48,783 nt of DNA from a bacterium (GCA_037446635.1 JBBIIG010000033.1:1-48783); one strand, 5' to 3'. Counted from the stretch's first letter, positions 9,790-19,428 are shown. Notes: generated from the letters alone by a model not told the origin. Program-made: numbers and translations.

Positions 9790-10454
9790 CTGTTCTCCTG
9801 ATTAGCAAATTTTTCCGCCAATTGTTTTAAGGCGGCGGCGTGCATCTCGTGACCGCCGTCAAAAGAAATTACATCAAAGTCGATTTCAAATTCCCGCAAG
9901 CGGCTTTCCGCCTCCTGCCGCTTCTGCTGGTCGGCAAACTCGTCGTGTTGGCCAATCACAAACGTCAGCGTCATTCGTTGAAAAATTTTTTGAGTCGCGG
10001 CCAACTCCAGATCCGGCGGCAGCAGCCCACCCCACAATATGAGATGATCGATCTGGGAGGCGCCGCTTCCCGCCCAACGACTGACGGTGGCCGTTCCCTG
10101 TGAAAACCCCAGCGCGAAAACTTTTACTGACTCGCGGGGTACACTTTCAAAAATTTTGTGATGGACGCGGTTCAAGAAATTCAGGTAGTCCGAAATTTCG
10201 TTGAGCCGATCTTCGCGCGTCATCCACGAAGCGCCCACCCGCCCGCTGAACCCCATCCCGGAAAATAGCGACAGCCCCGCCGGCGCCACAATCAAACGAT
10301 CAGCGCTGGCGATGATGTCGAAGTTTTTCAAAAAATGGAAAGCGAGCTGCCCGTAGCCGTGGCACACAAACCAAACCTGCCGCAACGAGTCGCTGCTCTT
10401 GCCGAGAGTAAAAAATCGCGCGCTTCGAGCGACAGTGATGGCATGTTCTTTCAC
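9786..10454 (-). CDS. Alpha/beta hydrolase (phospholipase/carboxylesterase-like)
   Basis: HGYGQ, GASWMTREDR, GFSQG nucleophile elbow, FDGGH. GTG start overlaps the DUF427 stop (TAGTG). Confidence 0.88.
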   Translation of the reverse strand: MKEHAITVARSARFFTLGKSSDSLRQVWFVCHGYGQLAFHFLKNFDIIASADRLIVAPAGLSLFSGMGFSGRVGASWMTREDRLNEISDYLNFLNRVHHKIFESVPRESVKVFALGFSQGTATVSRWAGSGASQIDHLILWGGLLPPDLELAATQKIFQRMTLTFVIGQHDEFADQQKRQEAESRLREFEIDFDVISFDGGHEMHAAALKQLAEKFANQENR

Positions 10455-10738
10455 TACCGCTGAACCTCCACGCCGCGCCAGAACGCCACATAGTTTTTCA
10501 AATGCCTGGCTTTTTCTTTTGGGTTCGGGTAGTACCAGGCGGCATCGACGTTGACTTTGCCATCGACATCGATGTGATAATAGCTGGCCTCTCCCTTCCA
10601 GGGGCAAACCGTATGGGTTTTGCTTTCCTTGAAAAATTCCCGTTTAATGGACTCGGGTGGAAAATAGACATTGCCCTCCACCAATTGGGTGAGATCGCTT
10701 TCGGCCAGTAGCTTGCCATTCCAAACCGCTTTCGCCAT
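10454..10738 (-). CDS. DUF427 (NTP_transf_9) domain protein
   Basis: VEGNVYFP, CPWKGEASYY, AAWYYPNPK, YVAFW. Confidence 0.93.
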   Translation of the reverse strand: MAKAVWNGKLLAESDLTQLVEGNVYFPPESIKREFFKESKTHTVCPWKGEASYYHIDVDGKVNVDAAWYYPNPKEKARHLKNYVAFWRGVEVQR

Positions 10739-10929
10739 TTATCGGCTCCCAGATATTACCTGCTTCAATTAGTATCAACGCCAAATCTCAGAAAAAATTT
10801 CCGTGCAACACAAAATTCAAATCCAAGATCGCTGGCATCGTCTGGCAACTTTAGCTGTCCAAGATACGTTTATTTTCTACAAATTCCTAAAAAGTTGCCA
10901 AAATCTTTTCAAATAAAAAGGAGTGCACC

Positions 10930-11055
10930 ATGTTAACGTTAGGATTTATTCTTTTGATAACCATCATTGCGGCCACCTATGCCTTCTCCCTGCGCCGGGC
11001 GGAAGTGCGGCGCCAGGAGTGGCGGCGAGAGTCGCGGGCAATGTTCAAAAGATAA
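10930..11055 (+). CDS. Small single-pass membrane protein (41 aa, below the ORF-track cutoff)
   Basis: MLTLGFILLITIIAATYAFSLRRAEVRRQEWRRESRAMFKR; AAGGAG RBS; downstream hairpin. Confidence 0.7.
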   Translation: MLTLGFILLITIIAATYAFSLRRAEVRRQEWRRESRAMFKR

Positions 11056-11070
11056 TTACTTTCAATTAAG

Positions 11071-11100
11071 AATGGGTCGGGCCGCGACCCATTTTTATTT
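11071..11100. terminator. Intrinsic terminator
   Basis: aatgggtcg-ggccg-cgacccatt followed by a T-rich tract. Confidence 0.7.
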
Positions 11101-11104
11101 CCCA

Positions 11105-11614
11105 TCACGCCCTCACTCGCCCAAACGCTTCAATGTGCCAGGAATTCTTCATGGGTGTTTCCCATTTTCCGGCGCGCATCAGCCCCACCGTCGCGACGGT
11201 ATTGTCAAACACAATGGTGTCCTCGTTGAGCGCTGCGGATTCGACCAAGCGCTTGAACTCGCTGCGGTCCACGCATCGAATCTCGTGATTGGAATCGCGG
11301 AAAAAAACTTTGGCGTGGGCGCCCACAAGATCGATGTTCAACTTTCTTCCCAACTCAGCAAGGTGCCGCACCAGGCTGTCGATGGAACAGCCGGAGGCGC
11401 CCATCATTTGCTCGTCCACCGCGATGAAAACAAACTGCTGGAAGTGCAACTCCCAAGCGGCCTTTAGCTCGCGCTTGTGAGCCGTCCACTGTTCGATGAA
11501 CGAATTCATGCTTGCAGTCAGCAAGTTAGCCTCCGCTTCGCTCAAAGCCCGCTCGCAGCCATAAATCCACAGCCGCGCGGTATTCGGCATCTGGGTGAAT
11601 TTCACAACGCTCAT
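11105..11614 (-). CDS. Conserved hypothetical protein (WTAH / SGCSID family)
   Basis: ARLWIY, WTAH, ASGCSIDS, VFDNTV, SWH motifs recalled from an FCB-group uncharacterised family. Confidence 0.8.
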   Translation of the reverse strand: MSVVKFTQMPNTARLWIYGCERALSEAEANLLTASMNSFIEQWTAHKRELKAAWELHFQQFVFIAVDEQMMGASGCSIDSLVRHLAELGRKLNIDLVGAHAKVFFRDSNHEIRCVDRSEFKRLVESAALNEDTIVFDNTVATVGLMRAGKWETPMKNSWHIEAFGRVRA

Positions 11615-11855
11615 TTTAGGGGTCCCGTATTTTTTTGTTAAGCAAAATTATACTGAAAACGACTCGGCAATGCAAGCAGAAATTTTCGGAAAAGCCGAAA
11701 CACGGAAGTATTTCAGTGTGACTGCACAGCGAAAATTTGGCAGAAGTAAAGCGAAATAATTACATTTGCTACTGACACTTTTTCTACGCCGCCGAAAAAT
11801 CGTAAGGGAAAATAATTTCTGCGTTTACTTTTACTTACGTCTTCGATCAGAAGTC

Positions 11856-11870
11856 TGGCATAGGCCTTGC
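11856..11870 (+). promoter_or_regulatory. Sigma-54 (-24/-12) promoter of hsp20
   Basis: TGGCAT-AGGCC-TTGC (GG-N10-GC), about 70 bp upstream of the ATG. Confidence 0.7.
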
Positions 11871-11941
11871 CAACGTTCGGGTTGCAAGTTTAAGCATTTT
11901 GAAAAAATCAAATTAGAACTTTTAAAAAATGGAGGTGCACT

Positions 11942-12388
11942 ATGTATCTAACTCGTTGGAGTCCGGCTCGTGATTTGATCGGCATTGCCGACGAAATGAA
12001 TCGTTTGGTTGACACCGTCTTCAGAGGCGACGCCCGAGAAACTTCGCTGTTCAAAGGCGCCTGGAGCCCGGCAGTGGATATCAGCGAAGATAAGGACAAT
12101 TTTTACCTGCAGGTCGAGTTGCCCGGTATGAAAAGAAACGACGTAAAAGTTAGGTATGAAGAGGGCCTGCTCACCATCACTGGCGAAAAGAAAAGCGAAA
12201 AAGAAGATAAGGGCATTAATTTTCACCGGGTCGAAAGAAGCTACGGCCAGTTCGAGCGCAGCTTCCGGGTGCCGAACCGCATCATCAGCGATAAAATCAA
12301 CGCGGACTTTTCCGATGGCTTGCTCACCATCACACTGCCGAAAGCGGAGGAAATTAAACCGAAAGAAATCGAAGTAAAGATTAAGTAG
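11942..12388 (+). CDS. Hsp20/alpha-crystallin small heat-shock protein
   Basis: WSPAVDI, ELPG, ERSYGQFERSF, GLLTITLPK; GGAGG RBS. Confidence 0.96.
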   Translation: MYLTRWSPARDLIGIADEMNRLVDTVFRGDARETSLFKGAWSPAVDISEDKDNFYLQVELPGMKRNDVKVRYEEGLLTITGEKKSEKEDKGINFHRVERSYGQFERSFRVPNRIISDKINADFSDGLLTITLPKAEEIKPKEIEVKIK

Positions 12389-12423
12389 AGCTTTGCGGAA
12401 AGCATTGCAATCGGCTCAAACAA

Positions 12424-12457
12424 AACGTAGGGGTAATTCATGAATTACCCCTACGTT
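12424..12457. repeat. GTAG-type REP-like perfect palindrome
   Basis: aacgtaggggtaattcatgaattacccctacgtt; related copies at 14150 and 24832. Confidence 0.85.
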
Positions 12458-12472
12458 CATTTACTTCAGGGG

Positions 12473-13006
12473 TTACTCTTTGGCCGCTTCAATCACTCCG
12501 CAGGAAATCCGCGCGCCAGCGGCGCCCGTTGGCTGCGAGGTGTAATCGTCCGGATCGGCGTGCAAAATGACCCCCTTGCCCAAAATGGAGTTGTCGCCCT
12601 CAAAGGTCAGCATGGGATCGACGTATTCTTTGTGCGCCACACCGGAGGAATCCGCGCTGATGTTGCCGAGGTCGCCCACGTGGCGCATTGCGGAGTCCGG
12701 CGCGGCGTGCGGCATATTGGTGGGGTTGAAATGGCTGCCGGCCGAGCTGGCATCGGGAGCGCTGCAATCGCCAAATTCATGAATATGAAAACCGTGTTCG
12801 CCGGGCGGCACCCCTTCGAAGTGGGCAACTACTCGCATTCCCCCCTCTTCTTTAGTGAAGGTAACGGTGCCTTTGGCGGTGTTGCCCTGGGTGGGGTTCA
12901 TCACCGCGGCGGCGCGCGTGACCGCCGCCTGCTTTTTAGCGCAACCGAACAAAACCGCTCCCACCAACAGCGCAAAAATGAAAATCACACAAACTTTTTT
13001 AAGCAT
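12473..13006 (-). CDS. sodC: Cu/Zn superoxide dismutase, lipoprotein
   Basis: Lipobox LFGC; HGFHIHEFGDC, GSHFNP, RHVGDLGN, ILHADPDD, GARISCG; GGAGG RBS before ATG 13006. Confidence 0.95.
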   Translation of the reverse strand: MLKKVCVIFIFALLVGAVLFGCAKKQAAVTRAAAVMNPTQGNTAKGTVTFTKEEGGMRVVAHFEGVPPGEHGFHIHEFGDCSAPDASSAGSHFNPTNMPHAAPDSAMRHVGDLGNISADSSGVAHKEYVDPMLTFEGDNSILGKGVILHADPDDYTSQPTGAAGARISCGVIEAAKE

Positions 13007-13306
13007 GTTCTTCCCTCCACTTTTATTTTTGGGTAAATATATCATTCCGCCCACGAATGTCAACCTCCAATGTGATAATTTTTTTAGGCACATCTAAAAT
13101 ATTTTGATTTAGCTTGCTTTGATTTTCTTTGTGTCTTCGTGCCCTTTTTGGTTAAATCTTTTAAGTGCGTCGTCAAGCTTGTCGAATCCCCCCGACAAAA
13201 ATGTCGAACCGTTCCTCCACTCTTTGAAACTTCAAATTTAATGAACACACCAAGCGATTGTAATTTTAATATCTTAAAGCTACCGCCTAATTTCGCCAAA
13301 AAGAAC

Positions 13307-13321
13307 AGGCACACCAGTTGA
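13307..13321 (+). promoter_or_regulatory. Possible sigma-54 promoter of the mddA cluster
   Basis: AGGCAC-ACCAG-TTGA (imperfect -12); upstream dyad cgacaaaatgtcg near 13193. Confidence 0.4.
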
Positions 13322-13357
13322 ATTGAAACGCCGCGAATTTAACTTAAGGAGGACGAA

Positions 13358-14137
13358 ATGTTAAAAAGAATCGGAATATTTGCTTACGGAGCGATTGCTT
13401 ACGCCGTTTTCTTCGTAACGTTCCTATATGCCTTCGGCTTTGTGGGCAACCTGTTTGTGCCGAAATCCATCGACTCCGCGCCGCAAGGCTCCCTGGGCGC
13501 GGCGCTCCTCATCAACGCGGCGCTGTTGGGTGTGTTCGCCGTTCAACACAGCGTCATGGCTCGACAGGGCTTCAAAAAGCTGCTGACGAAAATCGTTCCC
13601 GAAGCCGCGGAACGCAGCACCTACGTTTTGCTTTCCAGCTTGTGCTTGATCCTGCTGTTCTGGCAGTGGCGGCCGATGGGCGGCATGATCTGGAACGTGG
13701 AAGAACCGCATGCCCGTTTGTTCTTACAAGCGCTGTTCGTGTTCGGCTGGCTGCTGGTGCTGGTGACCACGTTTTTGATCAACCACTTTGACTTGTTCGG
13801 CTTGCGCCAGGTCTATCTCTACCTGCGCGGCAAAGAGTACACACCGCTGGGTTTTGTGACCCCGGGGCCGTACAAGCAAATTCGGCATCCACTGTACTTG
13901 GGTTGGTTGTTCGCCTTCTGGGCAACTCCGACGATGACCGCCGCGCACCTGGTGTTTGCGATTGCCACCACCGCCTACATCCTCGTCGGCATTCAGTTGG
14001 AAGAACGCGACCTGGAGCGGATTAACGGCGAGAATTACGCCGACTACCGCAAGCGCGTGCCGATGCTCATCCCCAGTTTCTCTCGCAAGAACGGCGCGGC
14101 GCAAACACTCGCACAACCCGAATCGAGCATCGCGTAA
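13358..14137 (+). CDS. mddA: Methanethiol S-methyltransferase (MddA; ICMT/NnrU-like membrane methyltransferase)
   Basis: FLYAFGFVGN, QHSVMAR, ERSTYVL, INHFDLFGLRQV, RHPLYLG, EERDL, YRKRVPM. Confidence 0.85.
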   Translation: MLKRIGIFAYGAIAYAVFFVTFLYAFGFVGNLFVPKSIDSAPQGSLGAALLINAALLGVFAVQHSVMARQGFKKLLTKIVPEAAERSTYVLLSSLCLILLFWQWRPMGGMIWNVEEPHARLFLQALFVFGWLLVLVTTFLINHFDLFGLRQVYLYLRGKEYTPLGFVTPGPYKQIRHPLYLGWLFAFWATPTMTAAHLVFAIATTAYILVGIQLEERDLERINGENYADYRKRVPMLIPSFSRKNGAAQTLAQPESSIA

Positions 14138-14149
14138 TTGAATGTCAAC

Positions 14150-14179
14150 CGTAGGGGCGATTCATGAATCGCCCCTACG
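14150..14179. repeat. GTAG-type REP-like perfect palindrome
   Basis: cgtaggggcgattcatgaatcgcccctacg. Confidence 0.85.
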
Positions 14180-14200
14180 CATAAATGAAAAGAGGCTGCC

Positions 14201-14428
14201 ATGAAAACTCTATCATTCATCGCGAACAAAATACAACAGACTTTTGCTTTTCGGCTTTATAAATATTTTATCATCGACAGCGTAATCATTGTCAAGAACC
14301 ACGGCGTCAAAGAACTGGCGCGCCGGCGCGGCAAAAAATTCTTCTACGCGATCATTGGCTACTACACGGTTCGCGACACGCTGGTTTATGTGGTGATTCC
14401 ATTTTTCATCGCCCGGGGATTGTTTTAG
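14201..14428 (+). CDS. Small hypothetical membrane-associated protein
   Basis: 75 aa; GAGG RBS; GVKELARRRG..YYTVRDTLVYVVIP with a hydrophobic C-terminus. Confidence 0.65.
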   Translation: MKTLSFIANKIQQTFAFRLYKYFIIDSVIIVKNHGVKELARRRGKKFFYAIIGYYTVRDTLVYVVIPFFIARGLF

Positions 14429-14487
14429 CCGATCGGCAACTTTGAACGGTTGTCTTCGTTTTAAAACCCGTTAAAAAAGGAGACACG

Positions 14488-15006
14488 GTGACCACCACAG
14501 AAAAAATTAAAACCGCGTTTGAGCGCAACGCCAAAGCGGTGGAACTGCGGCCGGGCGTGGGCCAGGGCACGGCGGTAACCAAAGTCAAATTGGGCGAAGG
14601 TTTCACCTGCGAGATCACTGACGGTCCGTGGCGGCTCATCGCGGATTTAGGCGAGAAACACGGCGGCAGGAACGCCGGCCCTAATCCCGGAGTTTACGGC
14701 CGCGCCGCGCTGGGCAGTTGCCTCGCCATCAGCTACGTGATGTGGGCCGCCAAATTGGGCGTGCCCATCTCGGGGCTCGAAATTGAGGTGCAGGCGGACT
14801 ACGACGTCCGCGGCGAGTACGGCCTGGCCGACTTGCCGGCGGGCTACCAAGAGGTGCGCTACCTCGTGCACATCCAAAGCCCGGCTTCCGAAGCAGAGAT
14901 TTTAAAGTTGCTGGATTGGGCTGACGCCCACACCCCATATCTCGATGTGTTCCGCCGCCCGATCCGCGTCCGCCGCGAAGTTGAAATCCAAGCCACGGAG
15001 AAATAA
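14488..15006 (+). CDS. OsmC/Ohr family protein
   Basis: GGRNAGPNP, ALGSCL, IEVQADYD; AAGGAG RBS. Confidence 0.88.
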   Translation: MTTTEKIKTAFERNAKAVELRPGVGQGTAVTKVKLGEGFTCEITDGPWRLIADLGEKHGGRNAGPNPGVYGRAALGSCLAISYVMWAAKLGVPISGLEIEVQADYDVRGEYGLADLPAGYQEVRYLVHIQSPASEAEILKLLDWADAHTPYLDVFRRPIRVRREVEIQATEK

Positions 15007-15822
15007 ATGGAAGCGAAACTGCAAAAACGCATTCAGCGCTACGGCTGGGACAAGGCCGTCGATTACTACGAACGCTTTTGGCAAAAACAGCTTGCGCCGG
15101 CGCAAACCCGTATGCTGCAAATGGCGAATTTGAGACGTGGAGAAGCCGTGGTGGACATCGCCTGCGGCACCGGACTGGTCACGTTTCCAGCGGCGCAGCA
15201 GGTTGGCAAAAACGGCGTGGTTCATGGAACGGATATTTCCGAAGGGATGATCGAAAGCGCAGGCCAGATTGCGGACAAGCAGGGTATTTCTAATATTGCC
15301 TTCGCAAGGATGGATGCCGAGGACTTACTTTTCCCGGATGAAACCTTCGATGCCGCGCTGTGTGCGCTGGGTTTGATGTACGTGCCCGATCCAGTGAAGG
15401 CGCTTTGTGAAATGTATCGCGTTTTGAAGCCGGGCGGCCGGGCCGCGGCGGCGGTGTGGGGTCAGCGCAACCGCTGCGGCTGGGCCGACATTTTCCCCAT
15501 CGTCGATGCACGGGTGCAATCGGAGGTGTGCCCGTTATTCTTTCAACTGGGTACAGCGAACTCACTACAGCAGGCGTTCGAGGCGGCCGGCTTTGTTCAT
15601 GTTATCAGCGAGCGCATTAACACCATCCTGCACTACGCCACGCCCGAGGACGCCTGCGGCGCCGCGTTTGCCGGCGGCCCGGTGGCGCTGGCCTACTCGC
15701 GGTTTGATGACATCACCCGCCGCGAAGCCCACGCCGAGTATTTGGCCTCCATCGCGCCATTCAAAAATGGCAGGGGTTATGAAATTCCCGGGGAGTTTGT
15801 GATAACCGTGGGCTATAAATAA
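15007..15822 (+). CDS. Class I SAM-dependent methyltransferase (UbiE/COQ5-like)
   Basis: VDIACGTG, GTDISEGM, MDAEDL, RVLKPGG. Confidence 0.9.
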   Translation: MEAKLQKRIQRYGWDKAVDYYERFWQKQLAPAQTRMLQMANLRRGEAVVDIACGTGLVTFPAAQQVGKNGVVHGTDISEGMIESAGQIADKQGISNIAFARMDAEDLLFPDETFDAALCALGLMYVPDPVKALCEMYRVLKPGGRAAAAVWGQRNRCGWADIFPIVDARVQSEVCPLFFQLGTANSLQQAFEAAGFVHVISERINTILHYATPEDACGAAFAGGPVALAYSRFDDITRREAHAEYLASIAPFKNGRGYEIPGEFVITVGYK

Positions 15823-15849
15823 AAGCAACCTGTGAGGATTATTGGGAGT

Positions 15850-15999
15850 GGAGCTGTCCAAAAAGACGCCTGTCATTGCTGCCTGCGCAGGCAGGCGAGC
15901 GAAGCGAAGCAATCTCACGATTCTGTGCTCAAATCTTGGGATTGCTTCGTCGCTAGCGCTCCTCGCAATGACAATTTACTTTCTTTTTTGGACAGCCCC
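15850..15999. mobile_element. MITE-like element (copy 1) carrying a nested micro-palindrome
   Basis: Terminal inverted repeats gctgtccaaaaa / ttttggacagc; internal gtcattgc..gcaatgac and gaagcaatc..gattgcttc; homologous to 45999-46112. Confidence 0.7.
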
Positions 16000-16039
16000 A
16001 TTTCAATTTTTGATTGTCAAGCTGAAGCTTGACACTCCG

Positions 16040-18562
16040 TCATTTCACCCGCACCACCACCAGTGTCATGTCATCCTTTTGAGAAGCCATCGTCAGAACC
16101 TCGCGAGTGGAGGCAATGATGGTGTCCCGCAGATCCTTCGCGCATTGCCATCCATTTTGTTGGAGAATTTCAAGCAGCTTCGTGCCTTCCAGTTCTTCAT
16201 CGGGTTCGCTGTGGGCTTCGACGACGCCGTCGGTGTAAAACAAGAACGCATCGCCGGGATGAAACGGCACCACCAGCTCCTGCAACTGTTTTTTGAAAAG
16301 CTGGCCGTTTTCCAAACCGATGCCGATGCCCTTCGGGGCAATTCGGGCGCAGGATTTTTTGCGCGCGGAGTAATGAATCAGCGGCAGGTGGCCGGCGCGA
16401 ACGAGATGCAGCTTTCGCTGATTCAGGTCGAAGATGCCGCAGGTGAGGGTGATGAACGAGCTCTCTTCGATGCTGCCAAAGGTGAGGGCGTTCACCTCCG
16501 CCATCAACTCTTTTAACGAATGATGAAATTTAGCGGCGGTTTTCAAAATGCCTTTGAGCTGCAGCATGTAGAGCGCCGCCGACGTGCCTTTGCCGGAAAC
16601 ATCGCCCACGACCACGCCGAAGCGGCGGTCCGGAAAGATGAGATAATCATAATAGTCGCCTCCCACTTCCAGCGCCGGAATCGAAACGCCGGCGACCTCG
16701 AGCCCGGGCACGTCGGGATCGGTTTGCGGCAGCGAGCTCAACTGGATGCGCCGCGCCACCTCCAATTCTTTTTTCAGACGATCTTGCTCTCGCAGCTCCT
16801 CGGTGAGCAACGCGTTTTCCAACGCGATGTTGATTTGATCGCCGAGGGTTTCCAAAAGCTCGAGGTCTTCTTTGTAGTAAGATTCATCTTTTGCCTTTGG
16901 CCCCAAACTCAAAACTCCGACGAGCTGATCCTTCGAAAGCAGGGGCAAAACAATTTCGGTTTGCAGTTCGCGCCAGCGCGCCTTTTCATCCGCGGAGGCG
17001 TTGAGGTGATCTGGGAAAGGCACAAGATCGAGCAGCGCTGGTTTTTTGCGCAGCCACTCCGTCACCGCGTCGCGGCTGGCAAAGCGAACGAGGGTCTGCG
17101 GGTTGCGGCCGTGCTGCGCGCGAAGGCGGTAGTCGGCGCCGTCCAACGATCTCCACAGAATGGCGATTTGCTGAATGTGCATGGTTTCGGAAAAAAAGTT
17201 GAGCAGCAAATCCAGCAGCTTTTGCAAATCCACCACCTTTACGAGCTGGTGGCTGAACGCGCGCACCGCCTCGCGATAGATGAAACGGCCGGGGTAAAAT
17301 TTATGATCGACAAAATTGCGGATGCGATTTTTGACCGGGTTGAACGCCGCCGCGATCAGCAGCGTCGCGATGATGGTTACCACCTGGCTGCTGGAACCGG
17401 TCAAATACAGCACCAATTTTCCAACGCCCACCACCAGCAGGAAATAGGCCGCAACCACAAAACCGGAAGTAAGCGCGTAGGCCACGCCGCGCTTAACGAT
17501 GACATCGATGTCCATGAAGCGATGTTTGATGATGGCGTAAGCCAGCACCATCGGCCACAACACCAGCGCATACAGAAAATTTTCCGAATAGGGAATCGCT
17601 TTACCAAAAAGCCGCGGCAGAAAATAGAGGCCAGTGGGTAATGCCAGCGTCAGCATCGTGCCGTAATACATGATGCGCGCCTGGCTGGCCGCGGTGGAAG
17701 TGGGCGCTTTGGCCATTGAGCTGCCCAGCATGGTCATGGCGAGAAAAAAGTTAACGGCGAACCAGATGCCTCGCCCATAAAAAAGCAATTGCTCTCCCCA
17801 CGGCAGACCGCGACTTTCGGCATACAGAAACGGGACGAACAGCGCTATCGAGCCATAACAAATGAACAAATAGAGCCGCGGGCGGCGCTGGAACGTAACT
17901 TTTTCAATCGGGAAAATGAGGGTGAAATGCAACAGCAGTCCCACGGCCAGCGGCCAATGCAGCAATCGAATCAGCGTGAACCAGTTGGGCAGTTTTTTGA
18001 ACAGCGTTTCCGAGCCGTAGGGGAACTCGCCCCACATGGCCAGCGCCCAGAACAACACCATCAAATAAAAAATGTGCGCCGTGCGATCGTGCAGCTTGTT
18101 GAACAGCACGAACATGCCGATTAACACCAGCGTGTAGCAGAAAATGACGCTGGGCAGAAATCCATGCACGATGGTTTTGGTATAAACCTTCAGCCGGCTT
18201 TCGGTGACAAACGAAAGGACGCGCTGCCGACCATCGCGTTCGAGGGCCACACTCACCCGCTCACCGACTTTCGTTTCGCGAATGGCCTGCAGCAAATCTT
18301 TTTCGCCGGCGATCGTACGATTATTGAAACGCGTGATGGCGTCGCCTTTCTGGATGCCGGCGGATTCGGCGGGGCTTTTCGGAACAACATATTCGACGAC
18401 GAGCTGCTGGCGATCTTTCATAAAATGAAAGGTGATGCCGGCGACGGGATCCGATATCAAAAAATAAATATCGGCGACCGTGGTCGTAACGATATAAAGA
18501 AAAGCGTACAACCCCACCAGCAGCAACAACGATATTTTCCAGAGGCGAATTTCCTGACTCAT
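16040..18562 (-). CDS. Membrane PP2C/SpoIIE (RsbU-like) phosphatase with PDZ, multi-TM and GAF domains
   Basis: PDZ (VVPKSPAESAGIQKGD); many TM helices; GAF (IVLPLL..LVGVLSLG); PP2C motifs EVGGDYYD, GDVSGKG, RAGH, YTDGVVE, DDMT. Confidence 0.92.
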   Translation of the reverse strand: MSQEIRLWKISLLLLVGLYAFLYIVTTTVADIYFLISDPVAGITFHFMKDRQQLVVEYVVPKSPAESAGIQKGDAITRFNNRTIAGEKDLLQAIRETKVGERVSVALERDGRQRVLSFVTESRLKVYTKTIVHGFLPSVIFCYTLVLIGMFVLFNKLHDRTAHIFYLMVLFWALAMWGEFPYGSETLFKKLPNWFTLIRLLHWPLAVGLLLHFTLIFPIEKVTFQRRPRLYLFICYGSIALFVPFLYAESRGLPWGEQLLFYGRGIWFAVNFFLAMTMLGSSMAKAPTSTAASQARIMYYGTMLTLALPTGLYFLPRLFGKAIPYSENFLYALVLWPMVLAYAIIKHRFMDIDVIVKRGVAYALTSGFVVAAYFLLVVGVGKLVLYLTGSSSQVVTIIATLLIAAAFNPVKNRIRNFVDHKFYPGRFIYREAVRAFSHQLVKVVDLQKLLDLLLNFFSETMHIQQIAILWRSLDGADYRLRAQHGRNPQTLVRFASRDAVTEWLRKKPALLDLVPFPDHLNASADEKARWRELQTEIVLPLLSKDQLVGVLSLGPKAKDESYYKEDLELLETLGDQINIALENALLTEELREQDRLKKELEVARRIQLSSLPQTDPDVPGLEVAGVSIPALEVGGDYYDYLIFPDRRFGVVVGDVSGKGTSAALYMLQLKGILKTAAKFHHSLKELMAEVNALTFGSIEESSFITLTCGIFDLNQRKLHLVRAGHLPLIHYSARKKSCARIAPKGIGIGLENGQLFKKQLQELVVPFHPGDAFLFYTDGVVEAHSEPDEELEGTKLLEILQQNGWQCAKDLRDTIIASTREVLTMASQKDDMTLVVVRVK

Positions 18563-18774
18563 AACGGTTTCATCCCGGCAAGTATCCTAACGCGGACCGG
18601 CCAAAGTCCGGCAGGCAACCAAAAAGTGCGCACTCAAAGACGAAACGCAAATGCTGCCCGGATACCCTGACTTCGCAGGTATTCGCAGGCAGGCGATCCT
18701 TCCGGCTTTGCGTGAGAATTTCTTGTTTTTATGAGAAGATTTCACTTGTAGCCGATTAACGTTCTGGCCGCCGC

Positions 18775-19428
18775 TCAGACGGATTGAACAGCGGCAGTGG
18801 TGGGACGTAAACTTTTAGCATACTGCCCAAACAAATGCGCCTGCACCACCATGCCCCAAAAATTGGTGAGCGCCGAAAAAATCCCCAATCCCGCTAAAAA
18901 AAGAATGCAATTCAGAATAATTGAAAAAACAATGATGGCCATGAAATTACCGAGATCGGTGCGCAAAATCTGAAGGAAGCCGGAGAAGCTAAACGCGGAA
19001 CCGAAGTTTTCGGTGATCGCCAATTGCAGCAAACCATAACTGATAAAAGCGGTCAGCGCTAAAAAGGTTATAATTGAAATGAAAACGATGAGACTTACTT
19101 TTTCAAACTCGGGCATGTAATCGGTGGCCACGCTGTAGATGGCCAAAGCGCACAAGCCGCCGATAATTAGAATATAGAAAAAGCTGATGATGCCGCCCAG
19201 CAGTCCGTCAACAAAAAGTTTTCCGAGATCGTTCCACTCCGGCAAAGTCGGCTCAACGTTTTGGGCCACGTTTCGCAGCACGCCAATGTAGTAGCCGAGC
19301 ACAAAAAATCCGAAAACAAAAAAAATCCCGAGGTAAAAGCTGGCAAATGAGATCGCGCCGCCAATTGCTATCTTCTTTAACCACTTCGGATCGCGGAAGG
19401 TAAAGGACACCGCCTCTGAGTAATTCAT
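18775..19428 (-). CDS. DUF4013-type membrane protein
   Basis: DPKWLKKIAIGG, LGY, LPEWNDLGKLFVDG, HLFGQ. Confidence 0.8.
   Translation of the reverse strand: MNYSEAVSFTFRDPKWLKKIAIGGAISFASFYLGIFFVFGFFVLGYYIGVLRNVAQNVEPTLPEWNDLGKLFVDGLLGGIISFFYILIIGGLCALAIYSVATDYMPEFEKVSLIVFISIITFLALTAFISYGLLQLAITENFGSAFSFSGFLQILRTDLGNFMAIIVFSIILNCILFLAGLGIFSALTNFWGMVVQAHLFGQYAKSLRPTTAAVQSV

Noticed and set aside
10832..10850. Sigma-54 promoter for the 41-aa ORF (tggcatcgtctggca)
   Set aside because: GG-to-GC spacing is 9 rather than 10 and there is no TTGC.
15842..16516. 224-aa plus-strand ORF starting in the MITE
   Set aside because: Chimera of repeat sequence and antisense PP2C coding sequence.
18600..18730. 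Possible c-di-GMP-I riboswitch (acgcaaagcc on the minus strand) upstream of the PP2C gene
   Set aside because: Lacks the GGCAAAC/GAAA-tetraloop stem; better explained by repeat remnants.
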